From positions 12,958,001 to 13,022,000 of the forward strand of contig OZ316776.1 in assembly GCA_973851085.1 (NCBI GenBank): 64,000 nucleotides of DNA, read 5' to 3'. The translations under genes were made by a program, and so were the position numbers. This document shows positions 63,907 to 64,000 of the stretch, in pieces. Origin of the DNA: Ptychomitrium polyphyllum. Its lineage: Eukaryota. The notes below the pieces were generated by a model that was not told the origin of the DNA, searched no databases, and saw only the letters and a list, made by a program, of their open reading frames with translations. The first letter of the stretch is position 1. Each line of letters starts with the position of its first letter.

Positions 63907-64000
63907 GTACTTTTCGTGCCCGCGCACTTGCTGCAACATCAAAAAATATATTTTATGCAGTGTTTAATTTAGATTCCGAGGGTTAATGATGTTGAAGTGT

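Overview
This is eukaryotic land-plant nuclear DNA, most likely from a moss (inferred from the miR1023-like hairpins, a ciliary gene and chromovirus retrotransposons; the species cannot be fixed from the sequence). I could hand-splice seven protein-coding genes: the 3' part of RUNKEL/ULK4, NDUFAF6-like, a GPI-anchored nsLTP (LTPG), a 12-exon AT-rich CFAP36 that the ORF track mostly misses, an intronless CAND2/PMTR1-like 7TM gene, an orphan membrane-protein gene on the minus strand, and the 5' part of a TQxPhi-repeat gene (possibly BCP3/4, MDC1-like). Four related miRNA-type hairpins of the miR1023 type lie between 7.3 and 16.2 kb. The 44.2-56.3 kb region is a nest of decayed Ty3/gypsy chromoviruses: element A with an intact TSD and an internal deletion, an inverted solo LTR B, and element C inside B. 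Element C has a Tf1-type self-priming PBS and a -1 frameshift signal. All exon coordinates and family assignments were made by eye, without database searches.
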